Position numbers and translations under genes: made by a program. A DNA stretch of 61,909 nucleotides from Basidiobolus meristosporus CBS 931.73 (lineage: Eukaryota; Fungi; Basidiobolomycota). Each line of letters starts with the position of its first letter. Position 1 is the stretch's first letter. Below the pieces are notes generated by a model. It was given only the letters and a program-made list of their open reading frames with translations. It searched no databases and was not told where the DNA came from. The DNA lies in the NCBI GenBank assembly GCA_002104905.1, contig MCFE01000526.1:1-61909 (forward strand), read 5' to 3'. Below, piece by piece: positions 52,221 to 61,909 of the stretch.

Positions 52221-52618
52221 TGTTGTAAGGGTTTTGGAGATGTGGGAAGTGACTGAGAGTACAAGTAGAGAATATGGTTCTCATTTGATAATTCACTGAA
52301 TGTATTAGTGATATTTATACTTTCACATGGACTTAGAGATAAACACATACAAAATGCTCAGAAAGGTCCCAAGAACATGTGTCCAAATCATGGGGGACTT
52401 TGGGCAACATTGACATTTTGCAAGTCCTAGGTACCAGATATTTGTTGTAATAGTTTTGGATATATTGGAAGTGATTGGGAGAGCAAGTAGACTATGTGAC
52501 ATTCACTTAAGGATATATTGAATGTAAAAGTAGTACTGATACTCTTACATGGTCTTGCCAAGATAAACATGTAGAATATCGTTAGGATGGTCCCAAGAAT
52601 ATGTATGCAAAGCTTGCA
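52221..52618 (-). repeat. Two adjacent, decayed partial copia LTRs (52221-~52441 and 52443-~52618)
   Basis: Each begins with tgttgtaa (the LTR 3' end on the minus strand) and contains the family motifs ggtcccaagaa and catggtcttg. Confidence 0.8.
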
Positions 52619-53408
52619 ACTGAGTTCCTGACATTGCTACTTGGTCTGTCCATGGGATCTCCACTCTGTCAACAATGGAGGACATGGAGACTGTGGTAGA
52701 TGAATTGCCTTTCTCTGCAAACTTATCTACTTCACTGGAGTGTAGCTCAACTGTCTGCACTTCCAACTCTTGTGAAAACAGCTATTTTCTTGTTGGTAAT
52801 TCTTCTTGATTATGATGGGACTCAGTCAGCTCTGGGCTTAGAGCATTTATTGGCAAGTACTGCAGCTTTTTTTTCATGCTTCCCAGTCTTTGGCTTGGGT
52901 AGACTTTTTCCCCTTTACCTTTTCCTTTATCACTGCCAGATCTTTCACTGCTACTTTGTCTCAGTGCTTCTTGTATTGAACTATGTTTTCTCCATAATAA
53001 ATGCTGCTCTGATGCATCTGTTTTGGCATGCTTGTCCCTTGCTGGAACTCTGCAGGCTGTTGTAAAAAATTCGTATTTTCCACCTAAATATTCACCTAAC
53101 TTAGTTACTTAGATCACCACCTTCAAATCCTAGAGAATACTGACCAAATTCCTTGTCGGGATTTACTTAGAATATTTTCACCAAAATACCAGGTACCCAG
53201 AACATGAAAATTCTCAAAGTTGTCCAAACAGCCCCAAACTTTGCACACATGTTCTTGGGACCTTCCTTAACCTATTCTACGTGTTTGTAATGCCAAGACC
53301 ATGTAAAAGTATAAATACTACTTTTACATTCAATAAATCATTAAGTGAAAACCACATAATCTACTTGTTCTCCAAATCACTTCCAATATCTCCAAGACTC
53401 TTACAACA

Positions 53409-53420
53409 GGTTATGAGCCC
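53409..53420 (+). promoter_or_regulatory. Primer-binding site GGTTATGAGCCC (initiator tRNA-Met anticodon arm, half-tRNA type)
   Basis: It immediately follows the 5' LTR. It is the reverse complement of GGGCTCATAACC, the tRNAiMet anticodon stem-loop used by Ty5 and Drosophila copia. Confidence 0.9.
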
Positions 53421-53439
53421 CGGGCTGTCACTCTCTGCA

Positions 53440-56400
53440 ATGTCTACTACTGCTATTACTGGAATTTTTCCCTCTGCTGAAAAGTTGGATGGATCTAACT
53501 ACCAAGTGTGGAAGGTGAAGATGAAGTTGCTGCTGCAAGAAAGAGGCCTTTGGGATATTGTCATGGGAGAAGAATGCCCTCCTAAAAACGTGGGAGAGGA
53601 AGCCTTAAAGTACCAGAAGAAAGAACAAAGTGCCTTTAACTGCATTTGCCTTAATGTCAAGGACAAATTGCTAATTCAATGCTCAAGAGCAAAAACGGCA
53701 AAGAATGCCTGGAAGGCATTAGAAGACACCTACCAGTCATGTTCAGCTGCCAAGAAAATGTATCTGAGAAGAAAATTCTTTACTACAAAGATGCTGCCAG
53801 GAGAAGAAATGAAAAATCTAATTAACAGAATTACCCTGCTGGTAGATGAGATGGAATCTGTGGGCGTACCAACTACTGATGAGGATGTGATAGTTACCAT
53901 CCTGAATAGCCTGACAGACGAGTTTCAGGGCCTTGTATCAGCCCTAGAGTCCAGAACTGAAGATTTGACCTTAAATTACGTATATGGAAGGCTCCTGGAT
54001 GAAGAATTAAGAAAATCAAGCGCCAATAAGAAGGAAGAAGAAAATGCTTTAATAAGCAATGATAACCAACAAAGGAGGTACCCAAGACCCTACAAAGGCA
54101 ACAGCAACCTATTTTGCAACTACTGCAAAAGGAAAGGACATACATCAGACCGGTGTTTCAAAAAGCGAGATTATCAGCAAAAGAAGCCTGAATATGGAAA
54201 TGCTGCAACAACTGAAGATAGACTATTCATATCTGCACTAAATATGACCACAAACAAGGATTCTCAGACGTGGTATATTGACTCTGGAGCTTCTCAACAC
54301 TTTACACACCAAAAAGAACTTTTTACCCAATATCAAGAAATTCCAATTAAGAAGGTTTTCATGGGTGATGATAGAACACTTGATGCAGTGGGAGAAGGAA
54401 CTATCCAAGTAAACCTTAGAAGCAGTGAAGGAAGCCATACACTGACCTTTAAAGAAGTACTCTATGTACCAGAAATAGCCAAGAACCTACTCTCTGTAAG
54501 CAAGGCCACAGCAGAAGGACTCAGTTTCAGTTTTGACAATTCTGGATGCAGGATCACTGATCAAAATGGTGCTCATATTGCTTCGGGCATCAGAGATCAG
54601 AACCTATACAAGTTGACTTATATTCCATCATATTTGGAAGCCAATATAAGTAACTTAAATGAAGAAACACCAATGCTTTGGCACAGGAGATTTGGACACA
54701 TCAATTTTGATTATTTGCGTAAAATGATCAAAGATCAGCTAATTTCTGGAGTGAAAATTGATCCCCCAGCTATTTTGGAGCACTGTGAAGCTTGCATATA
54801 TGGGAAACAAGCCAGACAACCGTTCAAGAGCTCTGGGTTAATCAAAACTAAGAAAAAATTAGATCTAATTCACTCAGATCTGTGTGGACCTATGCAAAAT
54901 TTATCCTTAGGCGGGATGAAGTATTTAATCACTTTTATTGATGATTATACAAGATACACATGGGTCTACTTCATGGAGAGAAAGGAAGAAGCTCTGTCTA
55001 AGCTCAGGGAGTTTAAAGCCATGGTGGAGAGAGAAACTGGTGAAAAAATCAAGAAAATACGCTCTGACAATGGTGGAGAATATACCTCAAAACTCTTCAT
55101 CCACTTCTGCAAAATTCATGGGATAAAGCAAGAGACTACTGTACCATACTCCCCACAGCAAAATGGAGTAGCAGAACGAGCTAACAGATCAATAATTGAT
55201 ATGGCAAGATCTATGATCCATGATCAAAAATTATCCTATGATTTTTGGGCGGAATCAGTTGCCACTGCTGTATATCTTAAAAATAGGAGTTATAACAGAA
55301 TACTTCGTGATTCTACTCCATTTGAAGCATGGTATGGATACAGACCAAGTGCAGAACATCTAAGAATATTTGGGTGTACAGCATATGCCAAAAAACTGGC
55401 CGGAAATCAGTCAAAATTTGAGCCAAGAAGTGTAAAATGCATATTTTTGGGCTACTGCAATGAGAGTAAGGCATACAGACTCTACAATACCGAAGCAAAG
55501 AAGCTGATCAAGTCCAGGGATGTGTTGTTTGATGAAAATTCAAAATTTTCACAAAAAATGACATCAGATGATGACGAAAATTTGATCTCAAGTCCACCAA
55601 TTGTCAGGATTGAATCAGAGCAAAACAATGAAAATTTTTTCACTCCAGAGGACTCTACAACCATGGTTCAGCCAGAATCAGTGCCCAGGAATATCCCAGA
55701 AGTGATCATTCCAGTATCAAATGCCCGGAGATCCAATTGGACAAGAAATAGCCCAAATTACTATATCAATGAGGGTACAAACTTAGCCTATGCCTATTCA
55801 GTCCATGTTGATGAACCCCAGACTGTAAAAGAGGCCCTAAATAGCCCTCAGACAAAGTTTTGGAGATCTGCAATGACTGAGGAATATCAGGCACTGATGG
55901 AAAATCAAACTTGGGACTTAGTCAAATTACCAATCAACCAAAAATCAATTGGATGCAGATGGGTCTTCAAGACAAAATACAAGGCTGATGGTACAATTGA
56001 AAGATACAAAGCAAGACTTGTAGCCAAAGGATACTCTCAAACAAAAGGACTTGACTATACTGAGACCTTTGCACCGGTAGCCAAGTTTAATTCCATCAGA
56101 TTAATATTGGCTATTGCAGCCAAATATAAGTTTTTTATTCATCAAATGGATGTAAAAACTGCATTTTTGAATGGAGAACTTGATGAGGACGTGTATATGG
56201 ACCAGCCTGATGGGTTTGTTGACCAAGATAACCCCCATTTGGTCTGCAAGCTTAAAAAGTCACTATATGGTCTCAAACAATCACCGAGAGCCTGGAATTG
56301 CAAGATAGATTCTTATTTGGAATCTTTGAGTTTCAAAAGGAGTAATGCTGACTATAGTATATACTATAAGCCAGATAGATCAAATCCAGTCCTATTAGCT

Positions 56401-57384
56401 CTATATGTGGATGATCTTATTATAGCCGCCAATAACCTAGACACATTGGAAGAGACTAAATCCAGCCTATCTAAGGAGTTCAAGATGTCCAATCTAGGAG
56501 AACTCAGTTACTACTTAGGGATTAAGTTCTCCATAGACAGAAGTACCCAGACTATTACCCTAAGCCAATCCAAGTATATTCAAGATATACTAAAGAAGTA
56601 CAAAATGGAAGACTGTAAACCGGCAGCTACCCCAATGGAGACAAACCTTAACTTGGTCAAAACTCAACCAAATCAAGAGAGCTTGGTGCCATCTGAAAGC
56701 CCTGACTTTCCTTATCAATCTATGGTCGGCAGTCTGATGTATATCATGCTTGGAACACGTCCAGATATCTCATATTCAGTGGGAGTTGTCAGCCAACATA
56801 ATCAGAATTATGGATCTGATCATATTGCAGCAGTTAAGCGGATTTTTAGATACCTAAAAGGAACTGCTGATATGTGCTTAAGATACACTTATAAGGATTC
56901 AGAACAGGATCTTGTGGGATACTCTGATGCTGATTGGGGACTAAATTTAGAAGACAGAAGATCCACCACAGGATACACCTTTCTTTACTGTAAAGGAGCC
57001 ATTTCATGGAATTCAAGAAAGCAACCAACCGTAGCACTTTCTACTACAGAGGCAGAGTATATGGCAGCCTGTGAAGCTACAAAAGAAGCAATGTGGTTAA
57101 GAAAGCTCTTTACAGATTTAGGCCTATGTCAAAAAACGCCTATTACTTTATTTCAAGATAATCAAGGATGTATACAATTAGGTAGAAATCCAACTTTTCA
57201 TGCTAGAACCAAGCACATAGATATTAGACATCATTTCATACGTGAAGCTATAGAGAATAACTTAGTTAGCTTAGTTTACTGTCCTACAGATGAAATGATT
57301 GCAGACATATTTACCAAACCATTAGCTAGAGACAAGTTTGAATATCTTAGGTCAAAATTAGGACTAGTCAGTATGAACATTTAG
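53440..57384 (+). CDS. Copia Gag-Pol polyprotein (gag-PR-INT-RT-RH order)
   Basis: Zn knuckle CNYCKRKGHTSDRC; protease WYIDSGAS; integrase WHRRFGH..CEAC, HSDLCG, RSDNGGEY, NGVAER; RT QMDVKTAFLNG and LYVDDL; RNase H GYSDADW, EAEY, DNQG and ADIFTK. Confidence 0.97.
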   Translation: MSTTAITGIFPSAEKLDGSNYQVWKVKMKLLLQERGLWDIVMGEECPPKNVGEEALKYQKKEQSAFNCICLNVKDKLLIQCSRAKTAKNAWKALEDTYQSCSAAKKMYLRRKFFTTKMLPGEEMKNLINRITLLVDEMESVGVPTTDEDVIVTILNSLTDEFQGLVSALESRTEDLTLNYVYGRLLDEELRKSSANKKEEENALISNDNQQRRYPRPYKGNSNLFCNYCKRKGHTSDRCFKKRDYQQKKPEYGNAATTEDRLFISALNMTTNKDSQTWYIDSGASQHFTHQKELFTQYQEIPIKKVFMGDDRTLDAVGEGTIQVNLRSSEGSHTLTFKEVLYVPEIAKNLLSVSKATAEGLSFSFDNSGCRITDQNGAHIASGIRDQNLYKLTYIPSYLEANISNLNEETPMLWHRRFGHINFDYLRKMIKDQLISGVKIDPPAILEHCEACIYGKQARQPFKSSGLIKTKKKLDLIHSDLCGPMQNLSLGGMKYLITFIDDYTRYTWVYFMERKEEALSKLREFKAMVERETGEKIKKIRSDNGGEYTSKLFIHFCKIHGIKQETTVPYSPQQNGVAERANRSIIDMARSMIHDQKLSYDFWAESVATAVYLKNRSYNRILRDSTPFEAWYGYRPSAEHLRIFGCTAYAKKLAGNQSKFEPRSVKCIFLGYCNESKAYRLYNTEAKKLIKSRDVLFDENSKFSQKMTSDDDENLISSPPIVRIESEQNNENFFTPEDSTTMVQPESVPRNIPEVIIPVSNARRSNWTRNSPNYYINEGTNLAYAYSVHVDEPQTVKEALNSPQTKFWRSAMTEEYQALMENQTWDLVKLPINQKSIGCRWVFKTKYKADGTIERYKARLVAKGYSQTKGLDYTETFAPVAKFNSIRLILAIAAKYKFFIHQMDVKTAFLNGELDEDVYMDQPDGFVDQDNPHLVCKLKKSLYGLKQSPRAWNCKIDSYLESLSFKRSNADYSIYYKPDRSNPVLLALYVDDLIIAANNLDTLEETKSSLSKEFKMSNLGELSYYLGIKFSIDRSTQTITLSQSKYIQDILKKYKMEDCKPAATPMETNLNLVKTQPNQESLVPSESPDFPYQSMVGSLMYIMLGTRPDISYSVGVVSQHNQNYGSDHIAAVKRIFRYLKGTADMCLRYTYKDSEQDLVGYSDADWGLNLEDRRSTTGYTFLYCKGAISWNSRKQPTVALSTTEAEYMAACEATKEAMWLRKLFTDLGLCQKTPITLFQDNQGCIQLGRNPTFHARTKHIDIRHHFIREAIENNLVSLVYCPTDEMIADIFTKPLARDKFEYLRSKLGLVSMNI

Positions 57385-57387
57385 CTT

Positions 57388-57395
57388 AGTGGGAG
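57388..57395 (+). promoter_or_regulatory. Short polypurine tract (AGTGGGAG) abutting the 3' LTR
   Basis: Located directly upstream of TGTTG at 57396, with the same arrangement at 551-558. Confidence 0.75.
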
Positions 57396-59225
57396 TGTTG
57401 TAAAAAATTCGTATTTTCCACCTAAATATTCACCTAACTTAGTTACTTAGATCACCACCTTCAAATCCTAGAGAATACAGACCAAATTCCTTGTTGGGAT
57501 TTACTTAGAATATTTTCACCAAAATACCAGGTACCCAGAACATGAAAATTCTCAAAGTTGTCCAAACAGCCCCAAACTTTGCACACATGTTCTTGGGACC
57601 TTCCTTAACCTATTCTACGTGTTTGTAATGCCAAGACCATGTAAAAGTATAAATACTACTTTTACATTCAATAAATCATTAAGTGAAAACCACATAATCT
57701 ACTTGTTCTCCAAATCACTTCCAATATCTCCAAGACTCTTACAACACAGGCAACCTGATGCTTCTTTTCCACTTGCTTCAAGTTCTCAGCCCACACTGTG
57801 ATGGGCACCTGAGGTAGTTGCTTGTTTTTATCACTGCCAGGTCCTTCACTGATACTATGACTGAGTGCTCCTTGAATAGAACCACACTTTTCCTTGGTAA
57901 ATGCTGTGCTGGTGCACCTATGTCTGCCTGCTTTCCCCTTATCAGCACTCTTCAAGCTACCTGATGCCTCTTTGACAATTGTTTGGAGCTTTTGGCCCTA
58001 TTTGTAATGGGTTCTTGAGGAAGCTGCTGGTTTTTAGCCATTGAACCCTTGTTCTTGTGCCTTTGATAGCTTATGCTATTCTTGAGATACTTTCTTAGCG
58101 TACCAATGCTGGCCCAATAACCATTTGCTTGTTTGAATCCAGGATAATGCTCATGGAGCAGTTCAAGTGCATTCTGCTTGGCCTTGAGTTCCTGATGGTC
58201 CCATGGAATGCCAGCCTTAAGGTGTTGGCGTGCTAGACTTCTAATGGCTTGTTGAATATTAGCCCACTCTTTATCATTGCACTCAATGGCTTCATGGATA
58301 TTCAGTGTCTTTTGATTTTTAGGCTCTGGTATAAATACTACATTTTCTCCCTCCCATGTTGCAAAAGGTTTTCTGTGGGCTTTATCTTTGGGCACTGTTG
58401 TTGTGCTTCAAAGACTGCATGGTGTTCCTTTGCTGTTACATCCAGAAATGGCTCAATTCTTGGCTGCAATATTGAGCTACTTGAGTTTCTTCTTTGCAGC
58501 AAAGATACTGCTTTCTCTACCTGGGATATTGATTGCTGTACACCTTTTATCTGCTCATCCTGTTTCTGGACTATTTCCTGATTTCTCTGGGCCATTGCAT
58601 CTATCCTATCAGCCACTGCACCTAATTGCCTTGTTAATGCTTTGGTATGAGCTGACAACATACTTGCTAATACAGGTGGTGGTGATGTTATGATGGCCAC
58701 TTGCTGGTCTTCAACTGAGGGAACTGCTTTTGCTACATTATTGTCTGCCTCAGCAATATGGTCAGCTTGCAGCTCCGCAGAGAATCCCAATTGCCTACTT
58801 GACTGAGAGCCTGAGGAGTCTGCATTATTCCCTTCAGTGGGCACACTATCCACAGGGCCTTTTTTGGTTGTAGCCCTGCTTGTTGCACTGAATGTCAAAG
58901 CAAGCTGTTATCCAACTGTTCTTCTGCTGCTGTCTGTGGTGTAGTTTGGTTGGGAACCGGGTGACTTTGCTTTATTTTTTAGCAGCTTATATATGGAAGT
59001 GAGTCAAATCAAAGGGGAAATGGTGTTACATATATATGTATAAGTAGTGCCACAACTTTGTTTATAATGCTTACTATGGCAGGTTATCATTGAATCTTAC
59101 ATTCATGTAGGTACAATGTCTCAAGTACAAGACTGCCTTAAGTTCAAGTGAGTACTGACAAAAAAGTGATATAATAGCATTACATTGTTGAAGGTTAAAC
59201 TTATTGCCCCATAGAAAAGACTACT

Positions 59226-61880
59226 TTGACTCAACACTCCAAGAGAAGAGAAAAAAGACCATGTGGTTATTGTAGCAATCCTCTCAACCATGAAGCACAC
59301 AGACAGCATAGGAAGTTTTACAAGGATCATGGCCAGTTTTTGCCACACAGTTCATATTGGACCATCCACCAGTCACCACTGTATCAACAATATCTTGCTG
59401 ACCACTTGATACTTCTATAACAGCAGCTGGCTGTACTTGTCACCTTGAGCAAACTGAGTCAGGGGAGTTTATGATGCCTTTAGGCTTGCCTCCATCTTCT
59501 GAATATAGCACTTAGAGTGATAGCTCTGAAGAAGCAGGCTCACTGATGGATTGTGAGCCTATCTTCCCTAACAACAGTACCACATATGAGCCTGGCCAAA
59601 TCCCTATATGCTTTGAGACAGCACCAGTTGAAACAAATGCCAAGGATACTTTATGGAGCCAAGTCAGCCCAGTAATCTATGTGCTGGCAAAAGATGTGAT
59701 GTTGTGGCCAGAGAAGCGGTGCATTTTCACTAATATCAGTAATGGGGGCTTTGAGGATTTACTGCTAGTTCTTGCCAAAATCATCACAGGATGCAACTTA
59801 CCATGTACATGGTATAAATGGAAAGCTATCATGTGGCTGGCAACATATGACCCAGAGACCATCCTGATACCAGAATGTGGTAACAGTTGCATGGTGCTCA
59901 CATCAGAAAATGCCACCATTGCAAGGTGTCCAACTTGTTAGGAATCCACCACCATTGGGGAAAAACATTGTTCACACTCAAGGTATATTCTGGTAATACC
60001 CCATCTAAAGTGGCTCATGCAGTCCAACAAATATTGTGAAGCTATAAAGTACTGCACTCAGTATCAATCCAGCACAAGCACATCAGATATAATTGATGGC
60101 AAACATTACAAAGAGCTAAGAGGCAAGGGCTACTTTGAAGGTATGTATGACCATGCCTTTGCCTTGACACTTGATGGATTCTCATAAACAAGTACTCTAC
60201 CAGCAAATCCAGCTGGCCATTGACTCTCAACCACCTGAATCTGCTGCCTATCTTATGGTATCAGAGCTAAAATCTGATGGTAGTCTCACTGGTATATGGG
60301 CCTAAATCACTGTCCAACCTGGAAAGCTACCTATATCCATTGCTGGCTGAATTTTGTGTGCTTTCCAGCAGGATAATAGTAAATGGTTGTTGTATAAAAG
60401 TACCTATTATTATCAGCATTGGAGATACTCCAGCCATCAGCAAGATAGCTGGCTTTTCTGGGCACCATGGATGGTATTACTGTCAAATGTGTGAAATTCA
60501 GGGGACATACTCCATAACTCACACACAATATTACTCACCAAACACCAACACTAAGAACATCATCTTTCCACACAGAGAATGTACAGAAGTCAGCATGCAA
60601 TTGCAGCAAAGTTGGCAAGCTATAAGCCATTTGCCAGAATATGGGATTAACTAGAGACTGGAGATACTTAAAATTGAGGGTATTTGTTGGAGCAAAAGCT
60701 TTCCACTGGGAGCAATGCATTTGCTTTTCAACAATATCCCTATGCAGATGACCAAGTTGTACATGGGGCATTTCAAGAAAAATGAGCCCTTTCAGATACC
60801 AGAGAAGTTTGAAAGAATTGGCAAGATATTACAGAGTATCTGCTACCCTAAGTACTTCTCATGGGCTCCAATCAATATTCATATGCTTATGCAACAATAC
60901 AAGCTCATAGACTGGATGAACTAGATATGTATTTATTCAAGTGACCTTCTGAAGCCATTTCTACCAAGAGCACATTGGAAGCAATGGGTGTCATATGTGG
61001 ACATTGTAGGAATATATATCCAGAAGCGGATTACCAAAGCCAACTTGATACATCTACAGCTTATGTGCATAGAGTTTGTGATGGGATTTGAGCAACTATA
61101 CTACAAACATAAAGTTGAACATGTGGATCTCTGCCGCTACTGTGTCCATTTGCTACTCCATCTTGCAGGTTGTGTTGAGAATATTGGACCTTGCTTCACC
61201 TTTTTGGAATTTCCTGTAGTGAGGGTGTGTGGGGAGAAAGGAAGACAAGTCAAGTTGCAGGTACTTCCATATGCTAATCTCATCCACAATATTACCTTCA
61301 AGTGTATCATGGATGTGATGAGTTAGCACATGGAGGACAGCCAGGAAGAGTTGGAAAATACTGAGGACAGATATGGATGTGAAGACACCTATGCCTATGG
61401 CATTAAAAGGCTAAGCAGCCCCAATGCATAGGTAATCAGTTAAGTAATGCAAGGTTGAGTTAGGTGCAACAAGCAACTAATTTTTATCAAGAAACCTTTA
61501 CCAAGGTATACTGAATTTCTCTTGGTCACAGGCCAATTTCTACACCATTCAATACAGAATTCACATAAACAAGAGCCAGAATTCACCTATAAGGGGGACT
61601 AGAATCCAGCATGGAGAAGGAATATATTGGCTAAATACCAAGAAGTCCTTTGCAGATATTCAGGAGGTATTCATGGCAGAAGTGGCAACAACCAAGCATA
61701 TGTTTGCAAGATATATATGTTACCAGCAATACAAGGTATATGGCAACTTTGCAAGTATCACACTAAAAAGTCGTAAAGTTGGGGTGATAGAAGTATGTCA
61801 ATTGCAGCAGGTGTGTGCGTTATCAAGGCTAGTAAGCAGGAGGTCATAATATTTTTTGATTCAAACTATATGAGTTAAGT
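59226..61880 (+). pseudogene. Degenerate CACTA/EnSpm-like (Transposase_21/Tnp2 plus DUF4218-type) transposase
   Basis: Fragments: CPTC; DHAFALTLDGF; SSWPLTLNHLNL; SLVYGPKSLSNLESYLYPL; GDTPAISKIAGFSGHHGWYYCQMC; VHLLLHLAGCVENIGP..EFP. There are many stops and frameshifts. Confidence 0.85.
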
Positions 61881-61909
61881 AATACAAAGTTGGGTTGGGT
61901 GCAACAAGC

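Larger units (their letters stand above)
53058..57746 (+). mobile_element. Full-length, apparently intact Ty1/copia LTR retrotransposon
   Basis: 351-bp LTRs at 53058-53408 and 57396-57746 differ at only 2 positions by eye. TSD CAGGC at 53053-53057 and 57747-57751, with a PBS, a PPT and one uninterrupted gag-pol ORF. Confidence 0.98.
52870..58898 (-). pseudogene. Decayed accessory ORF of the CACTA-like element, interrupted by the copia insertion
   Basis: Fragmented ORFs 58338-58898, 57952-58395 and 57668-57955. The frame continues across the insertion site (HQVA-C|RVPARD...), and a ~207-bp repeat spans the site. Confidence 0.6.

Noticed and set aside
52619-52700. Searched for a CACTA/CACTG terminal inverted repeat at the left edge of the DNA transposon
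   Set aside because: No terminus is visible. The end appears deleted or overwritten by LTR fragments, and the right end lies at or beyond the window edge.

Overview
This is eukaryotic, intron-containing fungal DNA. The GT-AG introns are mostly about 45-90 nt, and the gene content and protein style suggest an early-diverging fungus (Mucoromycota/Zoopagomycota-like). That taxon call is inference. I can support about 16 host genes: CYS4, a type II NADH dehydrogenase, a glutaredoxin, Set9, arginase, two AreA-type GATA factors, a DUF1647-like protein, a HEXXH peptidase-like protein, PET191/COA5, PIG-S, an FN2-TM-SH3 protein, an HLJ1-type J protein, RPL37 and GAD. One Ty1/copia family is scattered through the window as an intact young element at 53058-57746 (CAGGC target-site duplication, TSD), several solo or chimeric LTRs with TSDs, and decayed fragments. 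The intact copy sits inside a dead, CpG-depleted CACTA/EnSpm-like element that fills the right end. The main findings are: (1) a receptor-like single-pass protein carrying fibronectin type II-like modules, a fold classically described from animals, joined to a cytoplasmic SH3 domain; (2) an H4K20 methyltransferase Set9 fused to PWWP-like and chromo-barrel-like reader modules; (3) a TSD-bounded chimeric LTR that captured 246 bp of host DNA from just downstream of COA5; (4) two AreA-type zinc fingers that share an atypical 18-residue loop. All exon structures were parsed by eye and all domain calls come from motif recognition, with no database searches.
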